Source: an uncultured Candidatus Saccharibacteria bacterium (GTDB lineage Bacteria; Patescibacteriota; Minisyncoccia; Phycocordibacterales; JAACPR01). From it: a stretch of DNA of 64,000 bases. The position numbers and the translations under genes are program-made. Each line of letters starts with the position of its first letter. Within the stretch, counting starts at the first letter, position 1. The stretch is from positions 65,709-129,708 of the forward strand of contig CAZIEY010000002.1 in the NCBI GenBank assembly GCA_964538855.1, given 5' to 3'. Shown one piece after another: positions 9,224 through 20,091 of the stretch. The notes under the pieces were generated by a model, which saw only the letters and a program-made list of their open reading frames with translations, had not been told where the DNA came from and ran no database searches.

Positions 9224-10996
9224 CTACTTCTGATCTAATCGAGTTGCAATTTCTTCTTTGATTCGAGCAACCAAATCTGATTCCGAAAATGCGATTTTAT
9301 CGCCGGAACGCAATTCAACTTGGAATGTTTTTGATTCAACTTCTTTGTCACCGATTACCACAAGGTACGGCACTTTGTAATTTTTAGCTTCGTGAATACG
9401 TTTACCGAGGCTGCTGTTGCCGCTATACGTAGTGCATCGAATGCCGTTTTCGCGCAACACGTCGTGCAATTTTTTCGCAGCTTCGTCATGATTTTCACGC
9501 ACTGGAATTACCGCAACTTGAATTGGTGACAGCCATGTAGGGAAGTTTCCAGCAAAATGTTCAATCAAAAATCCGATGAACCGTTCGTGAGTTCCAAGGG
9601 GTGCGCGGTGAATGATCGCAGGTGTTTTTCGAGTGCTGTCTTTATCGGTATATTCGAGCCCGAATTTTTTACCCATGTATAAGTCGAGCTGATTTGTCGA
9701 AGCGGTAAATGAGCGTCCGATCGATGAATAAATTTGGAAGTCCATTTTTGGTCCGTAGAATGCAGCACCTTCGTGAGCAATTTTAAATGGTACGCCAGAT
9801 TTTTTCATGGCTTCAATCGTCATATTTTCTGCATCCTTCCAATCATTTTCGTCACCATGATATTTATCCATTTTGTTTGGATCACGCAATGCCAATTCCA
9901 TTTCATAGTTAGTGATACCGAGAATTTCGTAATAGTATTGGTGCATTTTAATTACATTCACAAATTCATCAACCGCTTTTTCTTTTTGAATATAGATGTG
10001 GGCATCATTCATTTGCATTCCTCGAACACGCATCAAACCAAAAAGACTGCCAGAATCTTCGAATCGGTGGCACCAGCCGTATTCAGCGAGGCGCACTGGC
10101 AAATCGCGATAACTTTTTGGTCGAGCTGCAAAAGTTTTATGGTGGAAAGGACAGTTCATTGGCTTGATGTAGTAATTTTCTTCCTCGATTACAATCGGAG
10201 CGTACATACTGTCTTTGTATAATGGCAAGTGACCAGACGTATGGAAGAGGTGCTCTTTTGTAATGAGCGGAGTTGTGACGCGTTGATAGCCCCATTTTTC
10301 TTCGGTTTCTTTTGCCCACTTTTCCAATTCTTCTTTTATAATGTTTCCATTTGGCAACCAAATTGGAAGTCCTTTACCAATTTCTTCGTCGAAATAGAAA
10401 ATGTCCATCGCATCGCCAATTTTTCGGTGATCACGTTTTTCAGCTTCTTCGAGATTTTTCTTGTAAGCCTCAAATTCCGCTCCAGTTTCAAACGCCACGC
10501 CGTAAATTCGTGTGAGCATTTTGTTTTTTTCGCTACCACGCCAATATGCGCCGGCGATTTTTGTGAGCTCGAATCCGTCGGCATCAATTTCGCTCGTGTT
10601 TTCAATGTGAGGGCCTGCGCAGAGATCGGTGAATTTATCACCGGTTTTGTATACAGACAACGTTGCGCCGTCTTTGATAAGGTCGGCAATTAATTCCATT
10701 TTATATGGTTGGTCTGCAAACATTTTCTTTGCTTCGTCTGCGGTCACTTCTGCATACGTGAAAGGGAGTTTGCCACCAATTAACTTTTTCATGCCTTTCT
10801 GAAAATCCTTCAATTCTTTTTCAGTCGGAGCTTTTCCTTCGCTAAATTCAAAATCGTAATAAAACCCATTATCAATAACCGGTCCAATCGCCAATTTGGC
10901 TTTCGGATCGAATTTAAGCACTTCGATTGCAAGAAGGTGCGCCAAAGAATGGCGAACTTTCGCAACGTGCGCTACGTTGTTGTCTGTTTTTGTCAT
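9224..10996 (-). CDS. thrS: Threonyl-tRNA synthetase (short form without the N-terminal TGS domain)
   Basis: Class II aaRS catalytic core and C-terminal anticodon-binding domain. The N-terminus starts at the editing-domain HxxxH region (VRHSLAHLLA); 590 aa. Confidence 0.9.
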   Translation of the reverse strand: MTKTDNNVAHVAKVRHSLAHLLAIEVLKFDPKAKLAIGPVIDNGFYYDFEFSEGKAPTEKELKDFQKGMKKLIGGKLPFTYAEVTADEAKKMFADQPYKMELIADLIKDGATLSVYKTGDKFTDLCAGPHIENTSEIDADGFELTKIAGAYWRGSEKNKMLTRIYGVAFETGAEFEAYKKNLEEAEKRDHRKIGDAMDIFYFDEEIGKGLPIWLPNGNIIKEELEKWAKETEEKWGYQRVTTPLITKEHLFHTSGHLPLYKDSMYAPIVIEEENYYIKPMNCPFHHKTFAARPKSYRDLPVRLAEYGWCHRFEDSGSLFGLMRVRGMQMNDAHIYIQKEKAVDEFVNVIKMHQYYYEILGITNYEMELALRDPNKMDKYHGDENDWKDAENMTIEAMKKSGVPFKIAHEGAAFYGPKMDFQIYSSIGRSFTASTNQLDLYMGKKFGLEYTDKDSTRKTPAIIHRAPLGTHERFIGFLIEHFAGNFPTWLSPIQVAVIPVRENHDEAAKKLHDVLRENGIRCTTYSGNSSLGKRIHEAKNYKVPYLVVIGDKEVESKTFQVELRSGDKIAFSESDLVARIKEEIATRLDQK

Positions 10997-11011
10997 ACCT
11001 GTGAATTATAC

Positions 11012-14000
11012 CTATTTTATAAGATTTTCCAATGTCGCCGCCTTGTCGACGAGTAAACTGAATTCGCCGTTGCGATCCGAATATTTTCCCTTAACAATAA
11101 TACAATTGCCCGGAACGAGTATAGTTTTGGACTTTTTGTACATTTCGGGGAAAAATACAACCTCGGCGGTGTCATTCGCGTCGGCGATTTGTACAAATGC
11201 CATCGCTGCGCCCTTTTTGGTCAAAATTTCTTTGACCGTTTCAACGTGTCCAATGAGTTTAAGTTCAACTCCGGCCTTTGCAGTTTTTTTAATTTTTGAA
11301 ATATTGAAGTCCGATTTCGCAAATTTTCCGCTATATTTGTCGAGAGGGTGGCCGGAAATGTAGAGACCGAGTAATTCTTTTTCCCATCGCAATTTTTGAT
11401 CGTTTGAAACCGGTTCGGCTTTTGTTAATTTCAATTTCGGCGCCGCGACAAGGTCAGAATTCGCAAACAAATTTGTCTGAGATTGTGATGCTTTCGCGAT
11501 TTCTTTGTTGTAGGCTAAAATCTCGTCCAAATTTTCAAGCATTTCATTTCGCTCTCCAAATGAATCGAGCGCGCCAGTTTTAATTAATGCTTCGAGAGAT
11601 TTTTTATTGAAAGCCCGACTGTGAACGCGCGAGATAAAGTTTTCAAGCGACGTATATGGTCCGCGCGCCTTTCGCTCTTCAATCATTTCAAGGGCGATAC
11701 CTTCACCAAAGTTTTTAATACTGCTGAGTCCAAAACGAATATCGCCGTCTGGGTGACCTTCTGGATTAGCTGCATTTTTTCTTTCGACCACAGCAAAGTC
11801 GACGAATGATTCGTTGATGTCGGGTGGCAATACGCGAATCCCAATTTTTTTACACTCCGCAATCATTTCAGCGATTTTTTCAACTTCACCAGAATCGGAT
11901 GTCAAAACGGCCGCCATATAAATGACAGGGAAGTTTGCCTTCAAATATGAAGTTAAATACGCAACGCGACCGTACGAAGCAGCGTGACCTTTGTTGAATC
12001 CGTAGGCGGCGAATGTTTCAATTGACTCCCACAAATGTTGTGTGTCTGATTTTGAAAGCCCACCTTTTTCAATACAACCTTTGGTGAATTTTTCGTACTC
12101 AGCCTTCATAACCTCGGGAATTTTCTTACCCATGGCTTTACGGAATTTGTCGGCTTCTCCCCATGAATATCCCGCTATCTTCACAGCAATCATCATAATA
12201 TCGTCTTGATAAATCAAAACTCCGTAGGTGCCTGCGATAATTTCTTTGAAGCGATCGTCGATGTACGTCACTTTGCTTGGGTCGTGTTTACGTGCGATAT
12301 AATCGGGAATGAAAGCCATCGGACCTGGACGGTAGAGCGCCACCATCGCGTTGATGTCGTTGATGTTTGTTGGTTTGAGCTCTTTCAAAAAGCGTGTCAT
12401 ACCCTGACCGTTCAATTGGAAAGTTGCCGCAGTTTCGCCACGTGCGAGCATCTCGTATGTTTTTTTGTCATCGAGTGGAATCGTTTCTGTATCCAAATCG
12501 AGTCCGCGAATTTTTTTAATAATGCGCAGAGTGTTTCCGATGATGGTTAAGTTTTTCAAACCAAGGAAGTCAAATTTCAAAAGCCCGATGCCGTCTTCAC
12601 CGACCGCGTGCATGTCGTACTGAGTAATTAATTTTCCTTCACCTTTTGGATCATATTGTACGGGCACGTGTTCGATCAGGGGGTCAGGAGAAATCACCAC
12701 ACCTGCGGCGTGGACACCAATGTGACGGGCGCAGCCTTCGATTTTTTGGGCCATATCGAGAATTTGTCCGACCTCTTCGTCGCTCTCGTACATTTCTTTC
12801 AGCTCAGGAACTTCATCAAGTGCCTTTTTGATGGTCATTGGAAAACCTTGCGCACCCATTGGAATTAATTTTGCAATTCTGTCGGCGATAGAAATTTCAA
12901 AACCCATAGCACGAGCAGCGTCGCGCACAGATCCACGGGCAAGCATAGTACCGAAAGTTCCGATTTGAGCCACGTGATTCGCACCATATTTTTCACGTAC
13001 GTAGGCGAGCAATTCGTCACGTCTATCGTCGGCAAAGTCCATATCGATGTCGGGCGCAGACGGACGTTCTGGATTGAGGAAGCGTTCAAACGGCAAACCG
13101 AACGCAATCGGATCAACTGCGGTAATTCCGACGAGATAGGAAATGTACGAACCAGCTGCGGAACCTCTTGTATTACTTTGGATTTTTAATTCTTTTGCTT
13201 TAGAAAAAAGATCCGCCACCACGAGGAAATATTTTGAGTAGCCTTTTTGTGAAATAATTTTAAGTTCGTAATCGATACGTTCTTGAATTGACGGCGTTAT
13301 GTCGATACCTTTTTTCACAGCGCCAGCCAAAGCCATTTCACGTAACGCTTCGTCCGCAGTTTTGCCACCAGGAATTATGAAGTTGGGGAATTTCCATTGT
13401 TTGAGGGGAATTTCCAAATTGCAAGCATCGACGATTTTTTGAATGTTGTCGAGAGCTTCTGGTGTGTCTTTAAAAAACTCGTTCGCTTTTTCTTGTGTTG
13501 TAAATGAAAAATCCTCTGTCGTCGTATCAAAAGTAGACTCTTTGCCACCGAAACTGCTTTGTACGGAAAGGAGAGTTCGTCGCGCACCGTAATCGTCCGG
13601 TTTGATGTAATAGACGTCGTTTGCTGCGACGAGTGGAATTTTTTCGGTCGCTGCGAATTTCTTGATTTTTTCGGTAAGCGCAGGGAATTCGGCAATTTCA
13701 GGGTGATGTAATAATTCGAGGTAAAAATCATCGCCGAAAATACCACGCAAAAATTGCGCTGTCTCACGAGCTTTCTCGGCTTCATCATTTTTCAGGTGCA
13801 CGGAAATTTCCCCAGCAAACGCGGGTGAAATACAAATCAAATCATTGTGATATTTTTCGAGTAACTCGCGGTCGATGCGCGGTTTGTAATAAAAACCTTC
13901 GAGATGCGAATAGGTGACGAGCTTGATGAGGGTTTTGTAGCCTTCGAAATTTTTTGCGAGCAACACGAGTCGTGTGCGCCGGTTATCGATACGCCCCTCT

Positions 14001-14242
14001 TTGTCATGTCGTGTTCGCACCGCCATGTACGCGTCGATTCCTAAAATTGGTTTGATACCTGCGCCTTTGCATTCTTCATAAAAAGAAATCGCACCGTATA
14101 AATTTCCATTGTCGGTGAGTGCAACCGCAGTTGCTCCGTCATTTTTCGCAGCCTCGACAATCTCATCAATTTTCGGAAGTGCGTTCAAAAGACTGTAATG
14201 GCTGTGTACGTGGAGATGGGTGAAGGGCTTCATAATGTGCAC
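11012..14242 (-). CDS. dnaE: DNA polymerase III alpha subunit
   Basis: N-terminal PHP domain FTHLHVHSHYSLL, polymerase core, and C-terminal OB fold; 1076 aa. Confidence 0.9.
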   Translation of the reverse strand: MHIMKPFTHLHVHSHYSLLNALPKIDEIVEAAKNDGATAVALTDNGNLYGAISFYEECKGAGIKPILGIDAYMAVRTRHDKEGRIDNRRTRLVLLAKNFEGYKTLIKLVTYSHLEGFYYKPRIDRELLEKYHNDLICISPAFAGEISVHLKNDEAEKARETAQFLRGIFGDDFYLELLHHPEIAEFPALTEKIKKFAATEKIPLVAANDVYYIKPDDYGARRTLLSVQSSFGGKESTFDTTTEDFSFTTQEKANEFFKDTPEALDNIQKIVDACNLEIPLKQWKFPNFIIPGGKTADEALREMALAGAVKKGIDITPSIQERIDYELKIISQKGYSKYFLVVADLFSKAKELKIQSNTRGSAAGSYISYLVGITAVDPIAFGLPFERFLNPERPSAPDIDMDFADDRRDELLAYVREKYGANHVAQIGTFGTMLARGSVRDAARAMGFEISIADRIAKLIPMGAQGFPMTIKKALDEVPELKEMYESDEEVGQILDMAQKIEGCARHIGVHAAGVVISPDPLIEHVPVQYDPKGEGKLITQYDMHAVGEDGIGLLKFDFLGLKNLTIIGNTLRIIKKIRGLDLDTETIPLDDKKTYEMLARGETAATFQLNGQGMTRFLKELKPTNINDINAMVALYRPGPMAFIPDYIARKHDPSKVTYIDDRFKEIIAGTYGVLIYQDDIMMIAVKIAGYSWGEADKFRKAMGKKIPEVMKAEYEKFTKGCIEKGGLSKSDTQHLWESIETFAAYGFNKGHAASYGRVAYLTSYLKANFPVIYMAAVLTSDSGEVEKIAEMIAECKKIGIRVLPPDINESFVDFAVVERKNAANPEGHPDGDIRFGLSSIKNFGEGIALEMIEERKARGPYTSLENFISRVHSRAFNKKSLEALIKTGALDSFGERNEMLENLDEILAYNKEIAKASQSQTNLFANSDLVAAPKLKLTKAEPVSNDQKLRWEKELLGLYISGHPLDKYSGKFAKSDFNISKIKKTAKAGVELKLIGHVETVKEILTKKGAAMAFVQIADANDTAEVVFFPEMYKKSKTILVPGNCIIVKGKYSDRNGEFSLLVDKAATLENLIK

Positions 14243-14322
14243 CTATTATAGATGAAAAATTGTATTTTGCATAAGTATAAGAATTTCATATACAAAATAT
14301 CTAAGCGAGGTATAATTCTGGC

Positions 14323-15171
14323 ATGATAGATCAAAATCAATCAAACAACCAAACGCCACATTTTACTTCACCAGAAGTTACATCAATAAGAAATTATAAA
14401 CCGTATGTGTATGTTGCTATCCTCGCACTTATTGCAGTCGCAGGACTCGGATATTATGTGATGCCAGAAAAATATACACATCAACCGAGCTCTGTCCTGG
14501 AAGATGTACCAAATGCATCAAGCACTCCGGTTATTACGCAGCCAGTAACTCCACAAAATCCGAACCCAGTTGTAAATCCCACTCCTGAGCCAATCGCCTG
14601 CACAATGGATGCGATGATGTGTCCGGACGGAAGTTATATTGGTCGAAGTGGACCGAATTGCGAGTTTGTGTGTAAACAAAATCCGATAATTGACCGTGCG
14701 AGAGAAGTTTTGTTTATGTTGCAAAATAAAAATTACTCACAACTCGAGGAATTTATCAGTTCAGATGGTTTAGCTCTCAATAACCTTCCGAATGTAAACC
14801 TGACTAAAAATAACGTATTAAAGAAGGATATTTCCGATATTCCAAATGATTCAAAGGTGCATCTCTGGGGGTATACCGACGGGAAAGGGGACCCAATTAA
14901 CTTAACGACGAAAGATTTTATTGAGAAATGGATTACTCCAGAATTATTTATTAATGCTGATGAAATCGTTGTAAACAAAATTAAAGATGAAGGAACAAAC
15001 AGTTTGAATACTGTTTTACAAGATGCGGGAAATCGGACAGTTATCGGATTTTATCACGCAAGTGATGCAGCTTACCCAGGGTTAAATTGGGCGACCTTAT
15101 ATCTAGTTTTTGATCAGGAAAATGGCGTGTATATGTTACGTGGGATTTCAAGAAACCAGTGGTCAATTTAA
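14323..15171 (+). CDS. Hypothetical membrane-anchored protein with a Pro-rich linker
   Basis: 282-aa ORF with a TM helix (YVYVAILALIAVAGLGYYV) and a PVITQPVTPQNPNPVVNPTPEP linker. No recognisable catalytic motif. Confidence 0.55.
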   Translation: MIDQNQSNNQTPHFTSPEVTSIRNYKPYVYVAILALIAVAGLGYYVMPEKYTHQPSSVLEDVPNASSTPVITQPVTPQNPNPVVNPTPEPIACTMDAMMCPDGSYIGRSGPNCEFVCKQNPIIDRAREVLFMLQNKNYSQLEEFISSDGLALNNLPNVNLTKNNVLKKDISDIPNDSKVHLWGYTDGKGDPINLTTKDFIEKWITPELFINADEIVVNKIKDEGTNSLNTVLQDAGNRTVIGFYHASDAAYPGLNWATLYLVFDQENGVYMLRGISRNQWSI

Positions 15172-15184
15172 GAAGAAAAGGTGC

Positions 15185-15817
15185 ATGTTAAAACTTAATT
15201 ATGTTATAGGTATTGATGAAGCTGGTCGTGGCCCATTGTTTGGTCCTGTTTCTGTGGGCACCGTTATGGTTGATTCTGTCGTATTGAAACAAATTCGCAG
15301 AAAAGGTGCCTTGCGCGGTTTGACGGATTCTAAAAAACTTTCAGAAAAAGAGCGCGAGCGATTATATACAGAGTTGGTTGCGTTACAAAAACAAAACATT
15401 CTCAAATTCGCGTGCGCTTTGATACCGGCAAAAATTATTGATACAAAAGGTATCTCGTTTGCAATTAAGTCTGGCATTCAGAAAAATCTAAAACAATTAG
15501 TCGGAAAAGTATGGGATGTAAAAACGACAGATTCGATTCAAATATTGCTCGACGGCTCACTGCACGCTCCAGTAGAATTTGCTCACCAAAAAACCATTAT
15601 TAAAGGCGACCTGAAAGAGCCAATAATTTCCGCCGCATCAATAATCGCCAAGGTGACACGTGACCGACAAATGCAAAAAATCGCTCGGCTTAAAAAATAT
15701 GCTCGATATAAAATAGATGTTCACAAAGGATATGGTACTGCCACACACCGTGCTTTGATTGCAAAATACGGCTTATCGGATATGCACAGAAAGAGCTTTT
15801 GTAAGCGCCTTGCGTAG
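15185..15817 (+). CDS. rnhB: Ribonuclease HII
   Basis: The start was moved to the internal ATG (MLKLNYVIGIDEAGRGPLFGPV) behind SD aaaggtg; the ORF-track start overlaps the upstream gene. IGIDEAGRGP is the RNase HII signature. Confidence 0.85.
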   Translation: MLKLNYVIGIDEAGRGPLFGPVSVGTVMVDSVVLKQIRRKGALRGLTDSKKLSEKERERLYTELVALQKQNILKFACALIPAKIIDTKGISFAIKSGIQKNLKQLVGKVWDVKTTDSIQILLDGSLHAPVEFAHQKTIIKGDLKEPIISAASIIAKVTRDRQMQKIARLKKYARYKIDVHKGYGTATHRALIAKYGLSDMHRKSFCKRLA

Positions 15818-15860
15818 TCTCTTGCCAAAAAACCGTATATCTGCTATTCTATTCAGCATT

Positions 15861-16121
15861 ATGGTAGTACGAATGAGACATACCCGGGCCCACACAGGGA
15901 ACCGACGATCACACCACGCTTTAACAGCGCCTGCAGTTTCTAATGGTCCAGACGGTTTGGCACATCGCCACCGAGTTTCTCCAATCACTGGAAAATACAA
16001 AGGTGTCCAAGTTCTCGATATGACAAAAGGCGAGGCGAAAAAATCTGCAAAAGCTGAAGCAAAAGATTCTAAAAAAATTGCCGCGAAATCAGAAGTAAAG
16101 AAAGACGAAAAGAAGAAGTAG
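15861..16121 (+). CDS. rpmF: Ribosomal protein bL32-like with a Lys-rich C-terminal extension
   Basis: MVVRMRHTRAHTGNRRSHHALTAPAVSNGPDG...HRHRVSP matches the bL32 core (RRSHHALTAP ... HRV). The ORF-track start at 15759 overlaps rnhB and was trimmed. Confidence 0.65.
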   Translation: MVVRMRHTRAHTGNRRSHHALTAPAVSNGPDGLAHRHRVSPITGKYKGVQVLDMTKGEAKKSAKAEAKDSKKIAAKSEVKKDEKKK

Positions 16122-16172
16122 ACAAATAACTGGCACTTGGCCGGTTTTTTGTTATACTAGAAAAGTATTCAT

Positions 16173-17072
16173 ATGGCGAATCGGCACCTTTCCAGATCAA
16201 TAGTGTTACAAACGCTTTTCGAAAGCGATGTGCGTGAAAAAGGATTAAAAGAATCCGAGGAGATTTTGATACGAAACGCAACTGAATTTGCAGAAGGAAC
16301 TTCTGATTCAGGCTTTATGATGGGTCTCTTGGCGACAGTTTTAGGCAAGCAAACTGAAATTAATAACATTATTGAAAAGGCGGCGCCTGACTGGCCTCTC
16401 GAAAAAATCTCGGTGATTGATAGAAATGTGCTGCGAATTGGTCTCGCGGAATTAATTTTTGGAAATCGTGCTGAAGTGCCGGCAAAAGTTGCAATTAACG
16501 AAGCGATTGAGCTCGCCAAAGCGTTCGGTGGTGAATCGTCTGGCAAATTCGTGAATGGAGTTTTGGGGGCGGTATACAAAGAACTTGGTGAACCCGGAAA
16601 AGACGAGGTGGCGAAGGACAAAAAAGTTCACGAAAAAATTCCGACCGAAACAAAGGCGGGTGCAATTATTTATGCACGCCAAGGAGAAGAAATTTATATG
16701 GCGCTCGTGCATGACGTATTTGGGCACTGGACTTTGTCAAAAGGTGGCATTGAAAAAGATGAAAATCCAGAGGAGGGTGTGGTGCGTGAGATAAAAGAAG
16801 AGCTCGGTCTTGAAATAATCGTTCGTGATAAAATTGGTGAAAATCAGTATATTGCAAATCACCCAGAGCGCGGAAAGATTCGCAAACACGTTGTGTATTT
16901 TTTGGCAGAAGCAGAGTACGCTGAAATCAAGCTCGAAAAATCAGGCGGGCTTGATGACGCACGATGGTTTAAATTAAAAGAGATACTTGATTTGAATTTT
17001 TATGATGATATTATGCCGCTCATCACGGATGCGGTGAAAAAAATTAGTAAACTCACGAAATTACCTTCGTAA
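16173..17072 (+). CDS. nusB: NusB (N-terminal ~140 aa) fused to a C-terminal NUDIX hydrolase domain
   Basis: The N-terminal half is NusB-like ([18 protein letters not shown]...[28 protein letters not shown]). The C-terminal half carries a Nudix box [24 protein letters not shown] (Gx5Ex7REUxEExGU). Confidence 0.8.
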   Translation: MANRHLSRSIVLQTLFESDVREKGLKESEEILIRNATEFAEGTSDSGFMMGLLATVLGKQTEINNIIEKAAPDWPLEKISVIDRNVLRIGLAELIFGNRAEVPAKVAINEAIELAKAFGGESSGKFVNGVLGAVYKELGEPGKDEVAKDKKVHEKIPTETKAGAIIYARQGEEIYMALVHDVFGHWTLSKGGIEKDENPEEGVVREIKEELGLEIIVRDKIGENQYIANHPERGKIRKHVVYFLAEAEYAEIKLEKSGGLDDARWFKLKEILDLNFYDDIMPLITDAVKKISKLTKLPS

Positions 17073-17078
17073 ACTCTT

Positions 17079-17768
17079 ATGGATTTTAAAATTTTAGAGA
17101 AAAAAATCGGCATTGATTTCAAGGATAAAAATTTATTGAAACAAGCTTTTACACATCGCTCTTACCTAAATGAAAATCGTAAATTAGAAATGGGGCATAA
17201 TGAACGCCTCGAATTTTTGGGTGATGCGGTGCTCGAACTCGTGACAACTGATTTTTTGTATCATAAATACCCAAAGAAAGACGAAGGGGATTTAACTTCT
17301 CTTAGATCAGCACTAGTGAACACTATTACTATTTCAGAAACAGCGTCGGAACTTGGTTTCAATGAATACTTGTTAATGTCTCGAGGGGAAGCCAAAGACA
17401 CAGGTCGCGCGCGTCAATATATTTTAGCAAACACATTTGAATCGGTAATTGGTTCAATTTATCTTGATGGTGGATATGCCGAGGCTTTAAAATTCATTTC
17501 TACTTTTCTATTACCAAAACTAGATGAAATCGTCGAAAAGGGTTTGTGGTTGGATGCGAAAAGTAAGTTACAAGAAATTTCTCAAGATAAGTTTTCGATG
17601 ACACCCCTATACGAAACGATTAAACAAACAGGGCCAGATCACGACAAGACATTTACTGTTGTTGTGACATATGGCAAGGGTAAAAAAGCCGAAGGTGACG
17701 GAAAATCAAAACAAGAGGCCGAACAAGATGCGGCGCGCAATGTCCTTGTCGACGAAAATTGGTTATAA
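17079..17768 (+). CDS. rnc: Ribonuclease III
   Basis: ERLEFLGDAVLELV signature and a C-terminal dsRBD. Confidence 0.9.
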   Translation: MDFKILEKKIGIDFKDKNLLKQAFTHRSYLNENRKLEMGHNERLEFLGDAVLELVTTDFLYHKYPKKDEGDLTSLRSALVNTITISETASELGFNEYLLMSRGEAKDTGRARQYILANTFESVIGSIYLDGGYAEALKFISTFLLPKLDEIVEKGLWLDAKSKLQEISQDKFSMTPLYETIKQTGPDHDKTFTVVVTYGKGKKAEGDGKSKQEAEQDAARNVLVDENWL

Positions 17769-17776
17769 TATACCTC

Positions 17777-19999
17777 ATGAATTTGAAGTCGCTAGAAATA
17801 AATGGTTTCAAGTCCTTTGCGAAAAAGGCGATTTTGAATTTTAACGCGCCAATTTCTTCGATTGTGGGACCGAATGGTTCTGGAAAATCTAACGTGGCAG
17901 AAGCGTTTCGATTTGCACTTGGTGAACAATCTTTTAAATCGATGCGTGGAAAACGTGGCGAAGATTTGATTTTTGGTGGAACGGCGACTGTACCAAAACA
18001 AAATCGGGCGAGCGTGAAAGTGACTTTGGACAACTCTGACAAAAAATTACCAATTGATTTCGAAGAAGTTATTTTAGAGCGCGTTGTACACCGTGACGGT
18101 GTGAATGAATATCTGATTAATGGATCACAGGTACGTTTGCGTGATATTAACGAATTGCTTGCTTCTGCAAATATTGGTTCGAGTGGTCATCACATCATTT
18201 CTCAGGGTGAGGCGGACCGGCTTTTGAATGCTTCAATCAAGGAGCGCAAGCAGACGTTAGAAGAAGCACTCGGCTTACGAATTCACCAATACAAAAAAAT
18301 TGAGAGTCAAAAGAAGTTACAGAAAACTCGTGAAAATATCGAGAAGGTCGAATCGTTACGTCGCGAGATTATTCCGCATTTGAAATTTTTGAAAAAGCAG
18401 GTGGAAAAAATTGAGGAAGGTAAAAAGCTCAAAGAAAGTTTGAAGGCGGCGTATCAGACGTATTTGAAAATCGAATCACTCTATTTGCAGGCTGAAAAAA
18501 ATCGTATCGCAGTGGAAATCACTGTACCAAAAGATCGTCTCAAAGAAATTGAGCGTGATATTCAAAAATATGAGGTGGAAACTAAACAGGCAATAAATAA
18601 TGCCCTTGTCGAAGCCGTTAAGCAAGGTGAAACAAATGTGTCGGCTATCTTTGCTTTAAAAAGCGAATTACAGAGAAAAATCGGGCGTCTGGAGGGGCAA
18701 ATCAGTTCGCTTGAGAAATTAAGGGAAAAAACTGAAAGAAAAGAGCAGTTTAGTTCGCTTACACTTTCGTCTGAAGATGTGCACACGCTCAAAAAAGAGA
18801 GTGAATTGATGGAGGTGAATGTCGGCAATATCGAACTATTGCGCGAAGTCGTAACGCGCGTGATTGCATTTATAAAGAAAATTACTCAGTCAAACTATTC
18901 AAACGAAAAGGAGAATGTTTTTTACGACGAGGAAATTAAAAATTATCGCGCCGAATTGGCGGAGGCTGAAGATGAATTGGTTGTGGCTGAGCAAAAAGAA
19001 TTGCATGCTCAACAAACTCTCGCTGATGCGCGCGTCGCTTTGGAAGCTGATAAATCTCAGTCGTTTGAAGCGGAAAAGAAAATTATTGCTCTTATGTCGG
19101 AAAAAAATGATTTACAAAAAATTGTTTCAAATTTTGCAATTGCACTCGACATTTTGGAACGTGACGAGGCTGCGTATAAATTGGAATTGACCGAGGCAGC
19201 GGTGCTCGTAGGTCGTGACGTGCTCGAATTTGAATCAGTTGTGGTGCCGACTAATGAATCGCGTGATGCACAAATTTCTCGTCGCAAAGATTTGGAGCGA
19301 ACGAAAATCAAGGTTGAAGAATCTGGTATTGGATCAGGTGATGATACCATAAAAGAATTTAAAGAAGTTTCAGATCGCGATGTATTTTTGCTTGCCGAAA
19401 TTACTGATTTGGAAAATTCTGCACAATCGCTCGAAATGCTCATCGTGGATTTGGAAAATAAGATAGAAACTGAGTTCGAGTCGGGTCTCGAAAAAATCAA
19501 CACCCAATTTCAAAAGTTTTTTGAGCTTATGTTTGGTGGGGGAAGTGCTTCTCTCAAGAAAATCAAAATCGCAGCACGTAAACGCAAAGACACGGATTTG
19601 CTATCCGAAGACGACATGGAAAATCCAGAAGAGTTTGATGAAGGTGAGGAAGGTGTCGACATCAGTGTGAATTTACCTCGCAAAAAAGTGCGGGATTTGA
19701 TGATGTTATCGGGTGGGGAACGCGCGCTGACTTCGATTGCGCTTTTGTTTGCAATTTCTCAGGTCAATCCGCCACCATTTATTATTTTGGATGAAACTGA
19801 TGCCGCCCTCGACGAAGCAAATAGCCGAAAATACGGTGACATGATCGAAAGTCTTTCAAAATATTCTCAACTCATTCTAATTACTCATAATCGAGAAACG
19901 ATGTCGCGCGCAGGAATTTTGTATGGTGTGACTATGATGCATGGCGTATCCCAATTATTGTCGGTCGCGTTTGAGGAGGGTGTGAAGTTTGCGAAGTAG
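17777..19999 (+). CDS. smc: SMC-like chromosome segregation ATPase (short, ~740 aa)
   Basis: N-terminal LEINGFKSFA...IVGPNGSGKSNVAEAFRFALGEQS Walker A. C-terminal signature LSGGERALTSIALLFAI plus Walker B ILDETDAALD, with long coiled-coils. The start was moved to MNLKSL (17777) because the track start overlaps rnc. Confidence 0.8.
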   Translation: MNLKSLEINGFKSFAKKAILNFNAPISSIVGPNGSGKSNVAEAFRFALGEQSFKSMRGKRGEDLIFGGTATVPKQNRASVKVTLDNSDKKLPIDFEEVILERVVHRDGVNEYLINGSQVRLRDINELLASANIGSSGHHIISQGEADRLLNASIKERKQTLEEALGLRIHQYKKIESQKKLQKTRENIEKVESLRREIIPHLKFLKKQVEKIEEGKKLKESLKAAYQTYLKIESLYLQAEKNRIAVEITVPKDRLKEIERDIQKYEVETKQAINNALVEAVKQGETNVSAIFALKSELQRKIGRLEGQISSLEKLREKTERKEQFSSLTLSSEDVHTLKKESELMEVNVGNIELLREVVTRVIAFIKKITQSNYSNEKENVFYDEEIKNYRAELAEAEDELVVAEQKELHAQQTLADARVALEADKSQSFEAEKKIIALMSEKNDLQKIVSNFAIALDILERDEAAYKLELTEAAVLVGRDVLEFESVVVPTNESRDAQISRRKDLERTKIKVEESGIGSGDDTIKEFKEVSDRDVFLLAEITDLENSAQSLEMLIVDLENKIETEFESGLEKINTQFQKFFELMFGGGSASLKKIKIAARKRKDTDLLSEDDMENPEEFDEGEEGVDISVNLPRKKVRDLMMLSGGERALTSIALLFAISQVNPPPFIILDETDAALDEANSRKYGDMIESLSKYSQLILITHNRETMSRAGILYGVTMMHGVSQLLSVAFEEGVKFAK

Positions 20000-20000
20000 A

Positions 20001-20040
20001 TTGACTATATTATTGCTTTTTAAAAAAGTAGAGTTATAAT
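20001..20040 (+). promoter_or_regulatory. Candidate promoter for the GC-rich unit upstream of rnr
   Basis: ttgact 20001-20006 and ttgctt 20014-20019 as alternative -35 elements; tataat at 20035-20040. Spacing of 15 or 28 bp is suboptimal either way. Confidence 0.35.
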
Positions 20041-20091
20041 CGTATTTGGATGCACTGAAACCACAACGCAAGCACTGGAGGTAAAGACCAC

